Origin: Promethearchaeota archaeon
GTDB lineage: Archaea > Asgardarchaeota > Lokiarchaeia > Sigyniarchaeales > SOKP01
Length of the DNA stretch: 64,000 nt
NCBI GenBank assembly: GCA_016840165.1
Contig: JAEOSU010000051.1
Coordinates: 128,001-192,000 of the forward strand
Direction of reading: 5' to 3'
Shown: piece by piece, positions 47,941 through 58,700 of the stretch
How the letters are laid out: every line of letters begins with the position of its first letter
Position numbering within the stretch: the first letter of the stretch is position 1
The notes under the pieces: generated by a model
Told to the model about the DNA's origin: nothing
The model's input: only the letters and a program-made list of their open reading frames with translations
Database searches by the model: none
Made by a program: the position numbers and the translations under genes

Positions 47941-50918
47941 AAAGTTTGTCTGAAGATATCCATAATTGTTTGTTTACTTAATTTAATTAATATTAGATAC
48001 ATTCCAACAAAACCTATTGCTATTGAGATAATGAATACCCGTAATAACGCATCAATGGGGATAGAAAATACAATCGGTAGTTCTGTAAAAAGTCCGATAT
48101 TAGTTTCCATTAGATAGGCACTATATGTACCAATAATTGTCCCCATGGTTCCTGCAGATAATAATATTAATATGCTTTCAATTAAAAATAAATTTCTCAC
48201 ATTTCTAGTTTTCATTCCTAATGATCTTAGGATCCCAATCTCAAATTTTCTCTCAATCATTATAGCGTACATCGTACTTACTAACCCGAATATCGCAATA
48301 GCGATAGCAAACCACGTTATAATTTCTAACATTGTACTTTGTCTCTGAAACATCTCATTCATGAAATTTATTTTGGAAATAGCATCATCTAGTAAATAAT
48401 CTTTATCTGAGTATTGAGTAGAAATTTCTTCCTTCGTTTCTTTTATATTTTCTTCTGAATCATCAAGCAAATTAAGAAATAATTTATCAATTATCATATC
48501 TTCTTCGCCAGCATTTGAAACATTCATTAAGTTCATATAATTATCCAGAGAAACCATAATACCTCCTCCTTGAGCAGTTGCTTCAGAACTACGAAAATTA
48601 AAGAATCCCGGCATTCCACCTGATATTCCTACAACTTGAAGGAGAATAGGCGTACCCATATCATCTTCTATTTCTGGATCATAGAATGTTAGAAGAATTT
48701 TTTCTCCTATATCCTCTATCCCTAATCTAGAAGCTAGAGATTTAGCAATAATACATGTATCATTATGGTTGAATAATTCACTAAATGAATAATTGAAACC
48801 GCTAGAGTAGCTACTCCAAATAAATAATTCTTTATCCATGAGATTGTAATAGTTTTCCTCTATTCCAACAAACCCTATTTCTAGCTCATCATGTCTGGCA
48901 ATATCTGAAGCAATTACTTGATATTTCGTTTGTCTTTGTTCAGTGTAGAACTCAAATATATCTAAGAAGGCTTCATTGATCGACTCTTCATCAAATGACA
49001 TTCCGTCCTCTCCAAAACTATATGCAATTGATAAAATTGAGGTGATATCAAACATATTATATAGAGATATGGCAACATCATCAACACCCGAAAATGATCT
49101 TATTTCATTTGCCATCTCTAAGGTCACGGCATCCACATCAGCATCGAGACCTTGATTTATGATAACTAAATCGGAACCATACTGAAATCGTAAATTTAAA
49201 GCTGTATTCTTGGTTTCCATTTCAGTCACACTTGTTATGAAAAATATAAATGAAAAACTAAGAGCGAACATTACAATGGTACTGGTGTTTCGTCTTCGAT
49301 TACGCTTAAGAGAAATTTTTATAATATGAGAATACTTACGAATAAAAGGGGATATTACATACAGCAACCCGTTTTGGATTATTGGAACAATGCCTATTGA
49401 ACTAAAAACAAGTCCAATCAAAATAGCACCCAAAAGTCCTATAAATAAACCAGCAATGCTCATAAAATCTCCAGTAATTACAATATTCGGTAACAGTATA
49501 AAAACAACCATTCCAATCGTAGCTATTGATAAACCAATTAAAAAATTCCTCACATTCATACTTCCTTCCTTTTTTACTTCCCATCCTTCTTCCTTTGAGT
49601 GAAATGGTGTAATAGATTTAATAATATTTAATTTTCCAGTCTTCAAAGCCGGTAATAATGAAATTACCAAAGATACTACAGAACCAATAGAAAAAGCAAT
49701 AATAATGGTTTGAGGTTGGATAACATAATTAAGGTTTTGAAAAGGAGAACCAGTTAATATGAATAATGCATTTACGATGGGAGGGGTAAAAATTAAACCT
49801 ATAATGACACCTAATATAGAACCTGTCAATCCCATAAAAAACCCTTCAAAAATTACGATTTTTACTGGAAAGGTCTTTCTCCCTCCTAGTACACGAAGAA
49901 CACCATATTCTCTGATTCTCTCTTCGCTTGAAGTAGATAATATTGAATTGATTAAAATACCTGTAATTAAGATAGAGATGATCGTAATAAACCAAAAAAT
50001 GATGGTCATAGCAATTAACATAAACTGTTGAGCACTTAATTCTTCTAATTTTGGCATTGATACGGTATATTCATTCGGATCTAATTTAATTTGAATTCTC
50101 GTCCCTATTATTCTTAATTTTCTTAATGTGAGATCGACATCTCTCACATCATAAATTGACTCTGGATTTTCAACTGTACCCGCGATAAAATTGATTTCTT
50201 TCCTCCCTCGAGTTAATATAGACTGAGCTTGTTCAATGTTCACAATGATTATAGTATTTTCTAGGTCAGTAAATTTTAACTCTTGTCTACACACAGCTAT
50301 TACTTCTAAATCGACGGAGTCTCCTAAATAATCCACTGTTATATAATCACCGAGAGATACGTTTAACAACTGGGCTGTATTCCGTAATAATACACACTCA
50401 CCTATACTTGGTTGTTCAGAATAGATCTGTCCCGTCTCCTCTCCTTCTGAATTGACTAAATTCAAATCTCCAATATGACCATTAGTTGCTTCTTTGATAA
50501 AGTCTATACCATATAATTGTAGCGTATAATTTGACGTGACTTTATCCGAATAAGCTCTAACTAACATCATCATTCTGGGAAATAATTCTTCAACACCTTC
50601 AATATCATTAAGGGTAGTTTCGATGATACTTTCATTAAAAAATGGGTTATAATTTAAATCGGATTGAATACGTTTAGATATGAGTATATCTGAATTCCCG
50701 GTAGTGCTTGTAACAATCTCCATATAATTGTAGGACAAAGTATCATTTACCATTCCGATTGCTGTTAATAAAATGATTGAGGTCATAATTCCAGCTATTC
50801 CAAAAATTGCTTTAGCTTTATCTTTTTTTAAATTAAGCCAGGCATGCTTAATATATCGTAATTTGATATTGCTTCGAATTTTATAAACTAAATTTTCCAA
50901 CCGCATTGCTGAAATCAT
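47937..50918 (-). CDS. ABC permease, double MacB/FtsX (type VII) architecture
   Basis: Two large extracytoplasmic domains; ERIREYGVLRVLGG and ERKFEIGILRSLGM coupling motifs; about 10 TM. Confidence 0.9.
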   Translation of the reverse strand: MISAMRLENLVYKIRSNIKLRYIKHAWLNLKKDKAKAIFGIAGIMTSIILLTAIGMVNDTLSYNYMEIVTSTTGNSDILISKRIQSDLNYNPFFNESIIETTLNDIEGVEELFPRMMMLVRAYSDKVTSNYTLQLYGIDFIKEATNGHIGDLNLVNSEGEETGQIYSEQPSIGECVLLRNTAQLLNVSLGDYITVDYLGDSVDLEVIAVCRQELKFTDLENTIIIVNIEQAQSILTRGRKEINFIAGTVENPESIYDVRDVDLTLRKLRIIGTRIQIKLDPNEYTVSMPKLEELSAQQFMLIAMTIIFWFITIISILITGILINSILSTSSEERIREYGVLRVLGGRKTFPVKIVIFEGFFMGLTGSILGVIIGLIFTPPIVNALFILTGSPFQNLNYVIQPQTIIIAFSIGSVVSLVISLLPALKTGKLNIIKSITPFHSKEEGWEVKKEGSMNVRNFLIGLSIATIGMVVFILLPNIVITGDFMSIAGLFIGLLGAILIGLVFSSIGIVPIIQNGLLYVISPFIRKYSHIIKISLKRNRRRNTSTIVMFALSFSFIFFITSVTEMETKNTALNLRFQYGSDLVIINQGLDADVDAVTLEMANEIRSFSGVDDVAISLYNMFDITSILSIAYSFGEDGMSFDEESINEAFLDIFEFYTEQRQTKYQVIASDIARHDELEIGFVGIEENYYNLMDKELFIWSSYSSGFNYSFSELFNHNDTCIIAKSLASRLGIEDIGEKILLTFYDPEIEDDMGTPILLQVVGISGGMPGFFNFRSSEATAQGGGIMVSLDNYMNLMNVSNAGEEDMIIDKLFLNLLDDSEENIKETKEEISTQYSDKDYLLDDAISKINFMNEMFQRQSTMLEIITWFAIAIAIFGLVSTMYAIMIERKFEIGILRSLGMKTRNVRNLFLIESILILLSAGTMGTIIGTYSAYLMETNIGLFTELPIVFSIPIDALLRVFIISIAIGFVGMYLILIKLSKQTIMDIFRQTF

Positions 50919-50931
50919 AAATTTTACATTT

Positions 50932-53900
50932 TTAATCTAATATACTAAATTTTTTGCTTTTATGCTCAAACTTCCTTAAAACATATCCTTCTTTTGCTAA
51001 AATATCCTTAACTTCCTCTTTTTCTCTCGGTATTAATTTTACACCTTTACATTTTTTACAGTAATAATTATCTGCTGGATCATCCTTAAAATACCATTTA
51101 TTACAATTTAAACAATTATAAGCTACATAGAGAGTGTCATGTTCACATACAGGACAAATATAATCAAAATTCTTTGACTCAAACCATGAATCACAGTATT
51201 TGCAATGTAATGTTAAGAGACGCTCTTGAGTAAATTCAGACTCAATAATCTCTATGCGCTTAATTACTTGATCTTTATCAATATCTTTTATTCTTAAATC
51301 TTCAGCATTAATATTTCTCAACCGATTAATCCATAATTTTCCTTTTTTTTCTGCTAAGATGAAAAGCACTATCCCTATAAGTACAGTTCCAACTATTATG
51401 ATAATCCATGGACCCCAATTATGCCAATTAATAAAACCATTTTCTACTATCACTATAATAAATTGCTCTGCTCGATTTCCTTCCTCATCAAATGCAATAA
51501 TTTTAAGTTCATATGAGCCATCAATGGAATAGGTAGTATCCCAGTTATAACTAAAGATTCCCGTCGTTTCATTGTAATTATAGTCCTGTCTGACGACTAA
51601 ATTATCATTTAAATATAAATATATTCTTGAGGTATCAATTTTGGCATTATCTGTTATCATAGCTTCGACTTCAATCATAGAATTAACTACTTCATTACCC
51701 TTTGGTTTAAGAAACTCAATTAGAGGATCAATGAAATCTGTACTTTTATCAAATCCTAAATAAATGTCAGATAATAACCATCCTGAACCTGGTCCTAAAG
51801 GAAAGTCATTCGAACTAAGGGAAAACATAATCATTATTATCTCATTTTCATATTCGGATAAATCAATGCTTTCATTACCTGATAAAATCTCATCGTCATA
51901 ATAATAGACTTTAAGCACTTCCCAGGTTTCTCCAAAATTTTGAGAAATTGAAACGCTACAAGAATCAAGTTCCTCCTCCTCAATACCAAATTCAAGTTGA
52001 AGAGAAATATCATAGTAATATTGTAAGTATACCTTATGATTATTTTTTAATTGTAACGGCCGGGAAATTAATCTCATATCCCAATCCGTCCCATATCCTT
52101 GGTAAGACCCCCCAAATCCCTGTCCTAATCCACCATAAATATATGTTCTTTCAAAACGAGAGACCTCGTGCCAACTATTATCACCTTTTAACCAGGCTGT
52201 TTGTTCAGTTGGTATGGGAACACCTGTGACATAAAAGTCAGGAAAAAGTTGATTTGAGAATTGGTATCCTACTAGAGTTGAATTAATGTAAGTATTATAT
52301 TGTAGTATTGTTGGAATGGAAAGCGGAAATAAATTGTTATTTGGATTAAACCATTGAGAAGTATTAAGATATTCTCCATCGTATATATGAAATCTAAAAG
52401 ATTGATTAATGAAATCATGAATTGGCAAAGAACGAGTGAACTTAACTCCTTTATTGTCATTATTATCAGAACTCACATTCCAATCACCATATAAATTGAT
52501 CATCGAGTAATTATTATTGTTAATTTCAAGATGAATATATTCTGGATAATTTCCATCTCGATCGTAGTAATAACAAGAAAATTGATATGAGGAATATCGA
52601 GATTTATCAAAAGAATAAACGTCTTGGTTAAAATTAAAGAGATATTGAGGTGAATAGTGATTTGTATAGTTATATAAAGTAAAATAATCTAGCATAAATC
52701 CCTTATAATAGATAGGATCAAAATTTCCATCTAAATTACTAATAAATCTAAATTGGACATAATTTCCAACATATTCTGTCAAATTGAAATTCTCCATGAA
52801 CCAATCGCTCTCTTGGTTAGTGTAAGTTTCTAAGGTTATCCAACCTGTCCAATTTAAGTTGATTTGAAAGAAAATAAAATCTCCTCCATTAAGACTGGTT
52901 CTTAACCCCATTTTAACAAATGGCTGACTAATATTGGTATTTATTTGAGTTAAGTTAAATAATGGGCTAAATAACGTGCCATTTGGGTATGGGTCTTCAA
53001 TGCTATGGGGTTGATATGTATAGTTGGATGGATAATTATGATCCCTTCCGAAATAAGCAGAAGACCAATTATTGTTATATATTTTAGTTCTATTATCAAT
53101 TGAATTGTCTTGGGTTAGAAGAGCCCATCCTGTTCCATTAGAATACCAATTAGCTAAGCCATCATTGAAATCATGGACGTAAGGGAATGATTCACTATCC
53201 ATTGGAAACTCTATCGTTATTGTAAATGTATCTGATGCTGGAAACCTTAAATTATGAGCTCCATCACTGGCACTAAAATAATAATTATATATCCCGATTG
53301 ACGGAAATTCTATAAGTTCACTACGGAATTGAGCCCCGTCTGTATAATTATTATCAAATTCAAATAATTGAGAGAGTGTATAATTCTTTGAAGTTTCAAT
53401 AATATGTACTGAAACGTCTTGAGGAGGCACATTACTGATATCCGCATCAAAATAATCAATAAAAAACCAGTATTTATCAATAGTATAATTCTTAAGCGGC
53501 GAATTACCAAAAAATTCTTGTTGACTTATAATCGTTCCATTTTTTTCTCCTCCAAAAAACGTAATCTCAGGAATTTTTAACTCTGGAATATAAAAATTAT
53601 CAACAGTAGATATATTTATACTAAAATCACTTTCTCCTTCTATGGCTTTTACAATAATTATGCATTCTGTTTGATTATTTTTTGGAGTAAAGTAAAACGA
53701 ATCAAAATTACCATACCATTTTTGATTGGATTGCAATAATATCGGTTCTCCGTATTTATTTGTTTCATTTGAAAATAAAAACATAGTTAAATTACTCTCT
53801 GGACTAACGTTTGAGAGATTAAATTGATATTGGGTATCACTAATAAGATGAATCTTTCTAGCAAAAACATGATTCCCTAATGGATTAATTGATGAACTGA

Positions 53901-55713
53901 CTAAATGATCAGATATCATATCGCTTACATCTACAGATCTAGTTAAAGCATCAATTGCTGCTTGAATATTTAATCTACCATATCCTTCATGGATATCTTT
54001 GAGTGAATTTGGATTACCATTAAAAATTGAAGGAGAAAAAATGCTTTCATCAATATCTGTTCTTGGATCATCTTCTCTTTCAAGATTTGTTTCAGAGGCA
54101 GTCATCAATAAAATAGCTTTTAATATCTTAGACCATTTTGATAAATCTTGAACATTCCATTCATCCCAATCCCCCCATTTTGCATCAATTAAAATATTTA
54201 AAGCTGCAGAAACAATAGCCGCTGAAATGGATGTTCCTTGAAGTATAGTAGTTTCGTCTGAATTATGATCAGCACTAATTATTGAACGATGTCCAAAAAG
54301 ATAACTTCCTCCTGGAGCTAAAATGTCTGGTTTAATCATTTCACCTCCAATATTTTTCCCTACACTGCTATAAGAGCTAACTTGATCAATATCATTAGTC
54401 GAGCCAACTATGATACAATTTTTATTCATCGATAACCTATTAAGAGGGTTTGTTCCCTCGACTCCATAGTTTCCAGCAGCAATAACAACTAATATATTAT
54501 TATTTGATACTTCATTAATCACTCTATTAATAGCAACATAATCGTCTCCTAATGTTCCAATACTTAAGCACACCGCAACTATATGTTTTGTCACTCGATT
54601 TTGGATGACTCGCGATAAAGCACTTACAAGATCTGAGCTATAACCTTTCCCGGATTGGTTTATTATTTTATAAGATAATATTTGGGTTCCATTAGCAATC
54701 CCTGTAAAATGGTTGAAATTTTGGACCAAATTTTCTGGCAAAAAGGAGAGTGTTGCATTAAAGGAATAATTAGGAATCACTTCACTCTTTTTATGATATT
54801 TTAGAACAAGATCATAAATACCGCTATTCGAAACTTTATATTGAAATTCTTTGGAAATATCGGGATTAATATGTAGCGTTGAATTAATAAGTGTCGAGTT
54901 ATAATAGAGTTCAAACCACATTTTATCAATCTCAAGGATATTAAAATCACAAACTGACATTACTTTAAAAATAGAATCAATTTTTGAAAGATTTAGAGAG
55001 GAAAGTTTCATTGAATAATTCTTTGATTCAATAAATTCATCAAATAAATCTAAATGTGAATAATTCCCATATATATTTGTAATTGAAGGAGTTGTTGTAT
55101 CAAATGCTCTAGTTCCTGTTCCTGCAATAATAGACGATAAAAATGTACCATGTCCATTATCATCAGATATAGGATCACTATTAATGAAATTATACCATCC
55201 ACTGATTTTACCATCAAGAAAATCATGATCTGGGTTTACTCCACTATCAAGTACAGCAATAGAGGCGTTTATATCTCCATAAAAACCGTTTAGGCTCCAT
55301 GTAGAATTAGCAGCTTGACTTTGAGCTGCAGCATAATTCATTTGAACTTCTAAGATTTCATCTCTTTCAATATTGATATTTGAAAATTCTTGCTCATAAT
55401 CAGAAATATTTTCAAGAGGAAATATCCCCGCAAAACCAGAAAATTCATTAAATAAGCTGTCCCATTTTCTTTCATTATTAATTATTCCACCATAATACAA
55501 GAATCGCTCTTCAGCATATGAATCATAAGAAGAACTATTAAAAAATACAATAAGTGGGGCAAGTCCACTTTCTGCTCCTTCAACACTACCTTTTTCATCC
55601 GAAAATTGATAGAAAATATTATTATGAGTAATATTAGTCAAACTAAGGAAACCAGTATTAGTTAAAATAATACTACAAATGATAATGCTAAAAATAACAC
55701 GTTTTTTATTCAT
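50932..55713 (-). CDS. Membrane-anchored multidomain S8 subtilase with cytoplasmic double Zn ribbon
   Basis: Signal/TM; AVLDSG, D.NGHGT, AAGN, KPDILAPG, GTSIS; repeated MAM/InhA-like and Ig domains; TM WIIIIVGTVLIGIVLFIL; four CxxC. ATG 55713 preferred; the ORF extends to 55755. Confidence 0.88.
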   Translation of the reverse strand: MNKKRVIFSIIICSIILTNTGFLSLTNITHNNIFYQFSDEKGSVEGAESGLAPLIVFFNSSSYDSYAEERFLYYGGIINNERKWDSLFNEFSGFAGIFPLENISDYEQEFSNINIERDEILEVQMNYAAAQSQAANSTWSLNGFYGDINASIAVLDSGVNPDHDFLDGKISGWYNFINSDPISDDNGHGTFLSSIIAGTGTRAFDTTTPSITNIYGNYSHLDLFDEFIESKNYSMKLSSLNLSKIDSIFKVMSVCDFNILEIDKMWFELYYNSTLINSTLHINPDISKEFQYKVSNSGIYDLVLKYHKKSEVIPNYSFNATLSFLPENLVQNFNHFTGIANGTQILSYKIINQSGKGYSSDLVSALSRVIQNRVTKHIVAVCLSIGTLGDDYVAINRVINEVSNNNILVVIAAGNYGVEGTNPLNRLSMNKNCIIVGSTNDIDQVSSYSSVGKNIGGEMIKPDILAPGGSYLFGHRSIISADHNSDETTILQGTSISAAIVSAALNILIDAKWGDWDEWNVQDLSKWSKILKAILLMTASETNLEREDDPRTDIDESIFSPSIFNGNPNSLKDIHEGYGRLNIQAAIDALTRSVDVSDMISDHLVSSSINPLGNHVFARKIHLISDTQYQFNLSNVSPESNLTMFLFSNETNKYGEPILLQSNQKWYGNFDSFYFTPKNNQTECIIIVKAIEGESDFSINISTVDNFYIPELKIPEITFFGGEKNGTIISQQEFFGNSPLKNYTIDKYWFFIDYFDADISNVPPQDVSVHIIETSKNYTLSQLFEFDNNYTDGAQFRSELIEFPSIGIYNYYFSASDGAHNLRFPASDTFTITIEFPMDSESFPYVHDFNDGLANWYSNGTGWALLTQDNSIDNRTKIYNNNWSSAYFGRDHNYPSNYTYQPHSIEDPYPNGTLFSPLFNLTQINTNISQPFVKMGLRTSLNGGDFIFFQINLNWTGWITLETYTNQESDWFMENFNLTEYVGNYVQFRFISNLDGNFDPIYYKGFMLDYFTLYNYTNHYSPQYLFNFNQDVYSFDKSRYSSYQFSCYYYDRDGNYPEYIHLEINNNNYSMINLYGDWNVSSDNNDNKGVKFTRSLPIHDFINQSFRFHIYDGEYLNTSQWFNPNNNLFPLSIPTILQYNTYINSTLVGYQFSNQLFPDFYVTGVPIPTEQTAWLKGDNSWHEVSRFERTYIYGGLGQGFGGSYQGYGTDWDMRLISRPLQLKNNHKVYLQYYYDISLQLEFGIEEEELDSCSVSISQNFGETWEVLKVYYYDDEILSGNESIDLSEYENEIIMIMFSLSSNDFPLGPGSGWLLSDIYLGFDKSTDFIDPLIEFLKPKGNEVVNSMIEVEAMITDNAKIDTSRIYLYLNDNLVVRQDYNYNETTGIFSYNWDTTYSIDGSYELKIIAFDEEGNRAEQFIIVIVENGFINWHNWGPWIIIIVGTVLIGIVLFILAEKKGKLWINRLRNINAEDLRIKDIDKDQVIKRIEIIESEFTQERLLTLHCKYCDSWFESKNFDYICPVCEHDTLYVAYNCLNCNKWYFKDDPADNYYCKKCKGVKLIPREKEEVKDILAKEGYVLRKFEHKSKKFSILD

Positions 55714-58700
55714 TTGAATCACCAAAATTTTCTTTTGGAATTTCTTGTAGATCATTCGGAGAAATTGTATGCGTACTGGAAATAGATTTGAAATAATCTC
55801 TTAAATTATATTCAATATTAAGGACGGTGGTACTAGAGGAATCCTGAAAAAGAGTTAATTCATAGCGTTGTTGTTCATATCTTTTAGAATGATATTTATG
55901 TTTTTGCCATAGGAAGCCAATAATGACAATAAATGCTCCCACTGAAGGTCCGATTACAAATAGATATTGGATAGTCTTCGGAATGATTACTTTTACTTGA
56001 ACTTCATTAGATTGATATTTTAATTTAGTAAGATAGTATTGTTCGATAAAAGCTGGTTTCAAATTTACTACTGCTTGAGTTTTAGCCTTTATTTTATATA
56101 CAAAACTAAGAGTTTCACCAGAATGTAAACAAGGGATCTCATTTACTAAATTTCCATCGATTAAATCAAAATCTATTCCAGTAAAACTGATCGTATCTTG
56201 TAAACTAACATCTTTAAGGCATATCGTACCAGAATTGATAACAGTTATATTAACAGAAATGATATCTCCAATTTCAATTTGGTTTTTATCAACAGATTTA
56301 ATGATTGTAAAATTGATTGTTCCCAGTATAATTGATTCTGAGTTTTTAATTTGAATTATTTTACTTTCTGGACTTTCAAAATAATTTATTGACGCATATA
56401 AATATGCCTTCCAATCTGTTTTATTCAGAGTTAGTACAAATGACTTTAGATGATTATATTCAATATCAATCAGATTAGAGGATAGATTGTATGGATAAAG
56501 ATCACCATATTTATCTCCTGTCCGAATAGTAAGTGAAGAGATGTTAAAACCTTCTATTCCCGAATTTCGAATCCCTATTGTCAAGTTAAATAGTTCTCCA
56601 ATTTGAGGATTATTATTTGAAGAGTTTAAATATATTTCTATTGTCTTCACATAAGGAAATCGAGTTTCATAGTCAATGGGCGAGGTAAAGAGAACTTCAT
56701 TAGGGTTGGCTGTTAAACTGGTAGAATTAATATTGGCGATGGTCTCATTATTTTCATATTCAATAGTAACTGAGTTGATTTTTGCCGTATTAGGACTATA
56801 AAAAGAAAAATTGAGCCGTTTCTCGGCATATGGAATTAAGTCAGATATATAATAGCTTAGTGTATTGTTGTCGAATAAGAAGTCATTAAACTGGTTTATT
56901 ATACCCGGTATTGTTAAAGAAACATTTACATCATAGGCTGTTTCTGTTCCAATATTTTTTAGAATTAAATGATAATTAAGAATCTCTCCTTGAGTGGTAC
57001 TATACTCGTCTAAATATCCATAAGCTATTATTGAGGCCATACTATAGGTGCTTAAAGTGATTGTATTGGATCTTCGTATATACTCTATATTACCACTCAT
57101 TGAACTATATATCATTCTTGAGCCTAATACTTGATATGAATTAACATCCCTATAGGAAAACTGAATGTCAATATTGTTTATAGAAATATTAAACTTATTG
57201 GATTCAGATGCTTTCACTCTTATCAATACACTATGATTTTCTCTTGTGTAGGGATCGAATATCCATTCTAATGATCCTTCATTTCTTTCAAATGAAAATT
57301 CGAATGTACTATTTGTGTCTGAACTTGAAAAGTTATCTAAGTTCAGGTAAGTTTCTGAAGAGTAATTAAAAACTTCAAAAGTTAGATCACTAGTTAGATC
57401 AGTCAAATTCGCAATAATTGAAATTCGATCTAAGGAATAATTCTTAAAATCTATTGCACTTGTATTTTTAAAAAGAAATTGAATATCAATTTCATTATAA
57501 CCTATATACTTCTCTTCAGATTCGATAATCCAATCATCATTATCATTTTCTAACGCCATTTGCGGATTAGTTCCTGAAATTGTATTGCCAGAGATAATAT
57601 AAGGCAAACTTGGAAAACTTTCTCTTATTAAAAAACTATAATTGTAAAATGTTGTAAAGGAATCATATCCTTCAATTGAAAAGTTGGAGAATTCATAGAA
57701 TATTTTTTCCCCAGGATTTAAATACCAATTATGTTCATTCCAAATACTTTCTTGATTTCCAAATGTTGTGCGTAAATCATTAACACTAACACCGACTAGG
57801 GGTGCTGCTAAAGAATCTAGCAATGCTTGGTAAGATGAAGTCATTATAGTGATAACATTATCCATTTTTTCGTTATAGGGTAATATGTTTGTTAAATTTA
57901 GTAAATCTGGAAAATAATAATCTACGGTTCCTGCACCTGTAGTGTCAAAGTAAAAAATCCGTGGATCTTCATCAAAGTTGAAAAAATCCTCAAGAGAACT
58001 ATATTCACCAGAATATACTACACTCACAATTTCCCAGATGGCATCCTTAAGATCTTCATCAAGATTCAATGCTGTCCCTACTGGTCCAACGATTAAACTA
58101 AATGCATCGTCCAGATCTATTGGAATTTTTGTTGGATTTCCCCATGCTGTATTATTTCCTACATTTTCCGCTGTAATATTAAATGAGAAAGTATTATAGA
58201 CGCCATATGACGTGTTATCTCCAATTAAATCCTTCTTTATTAGGATCGACGGTTCATCATAGCCAATAACATATGAAACTGTAAAATCTGCTATTGGATT
58301 TAAAATACCAGCTGGGAGTCCTTCAATTCCTTGGAAACCAATAATGGATAAAAAGTTCACATAATCCGCAGGATCATTTAAGTTAACGGGTTTTACAAAA
58401 TTTCGTTTAATTCCTTCATAATCCATCCAAAAAAGCTCAAGAGAATAGTCTTCTAAGGAGCTAACATCAAAATCTACTTCTGCATAAAATAGTATCGTGT
58501 CAATTTGTTCTAGCAAAAAACTATAAAGATCAAAATATTTTGGAGTCATATCTGTAATTTCAGTACACATAATATTAACATTAATATTACTTATGAATGC
58601 CCCTATTAATGAAATAAAGATTTTCTCACTGGGTCGTAAAGCATCCCCTTTATAATTTAGCGCATTCCACAAATTAAATTGGTACTCATTTTCGTCTACT

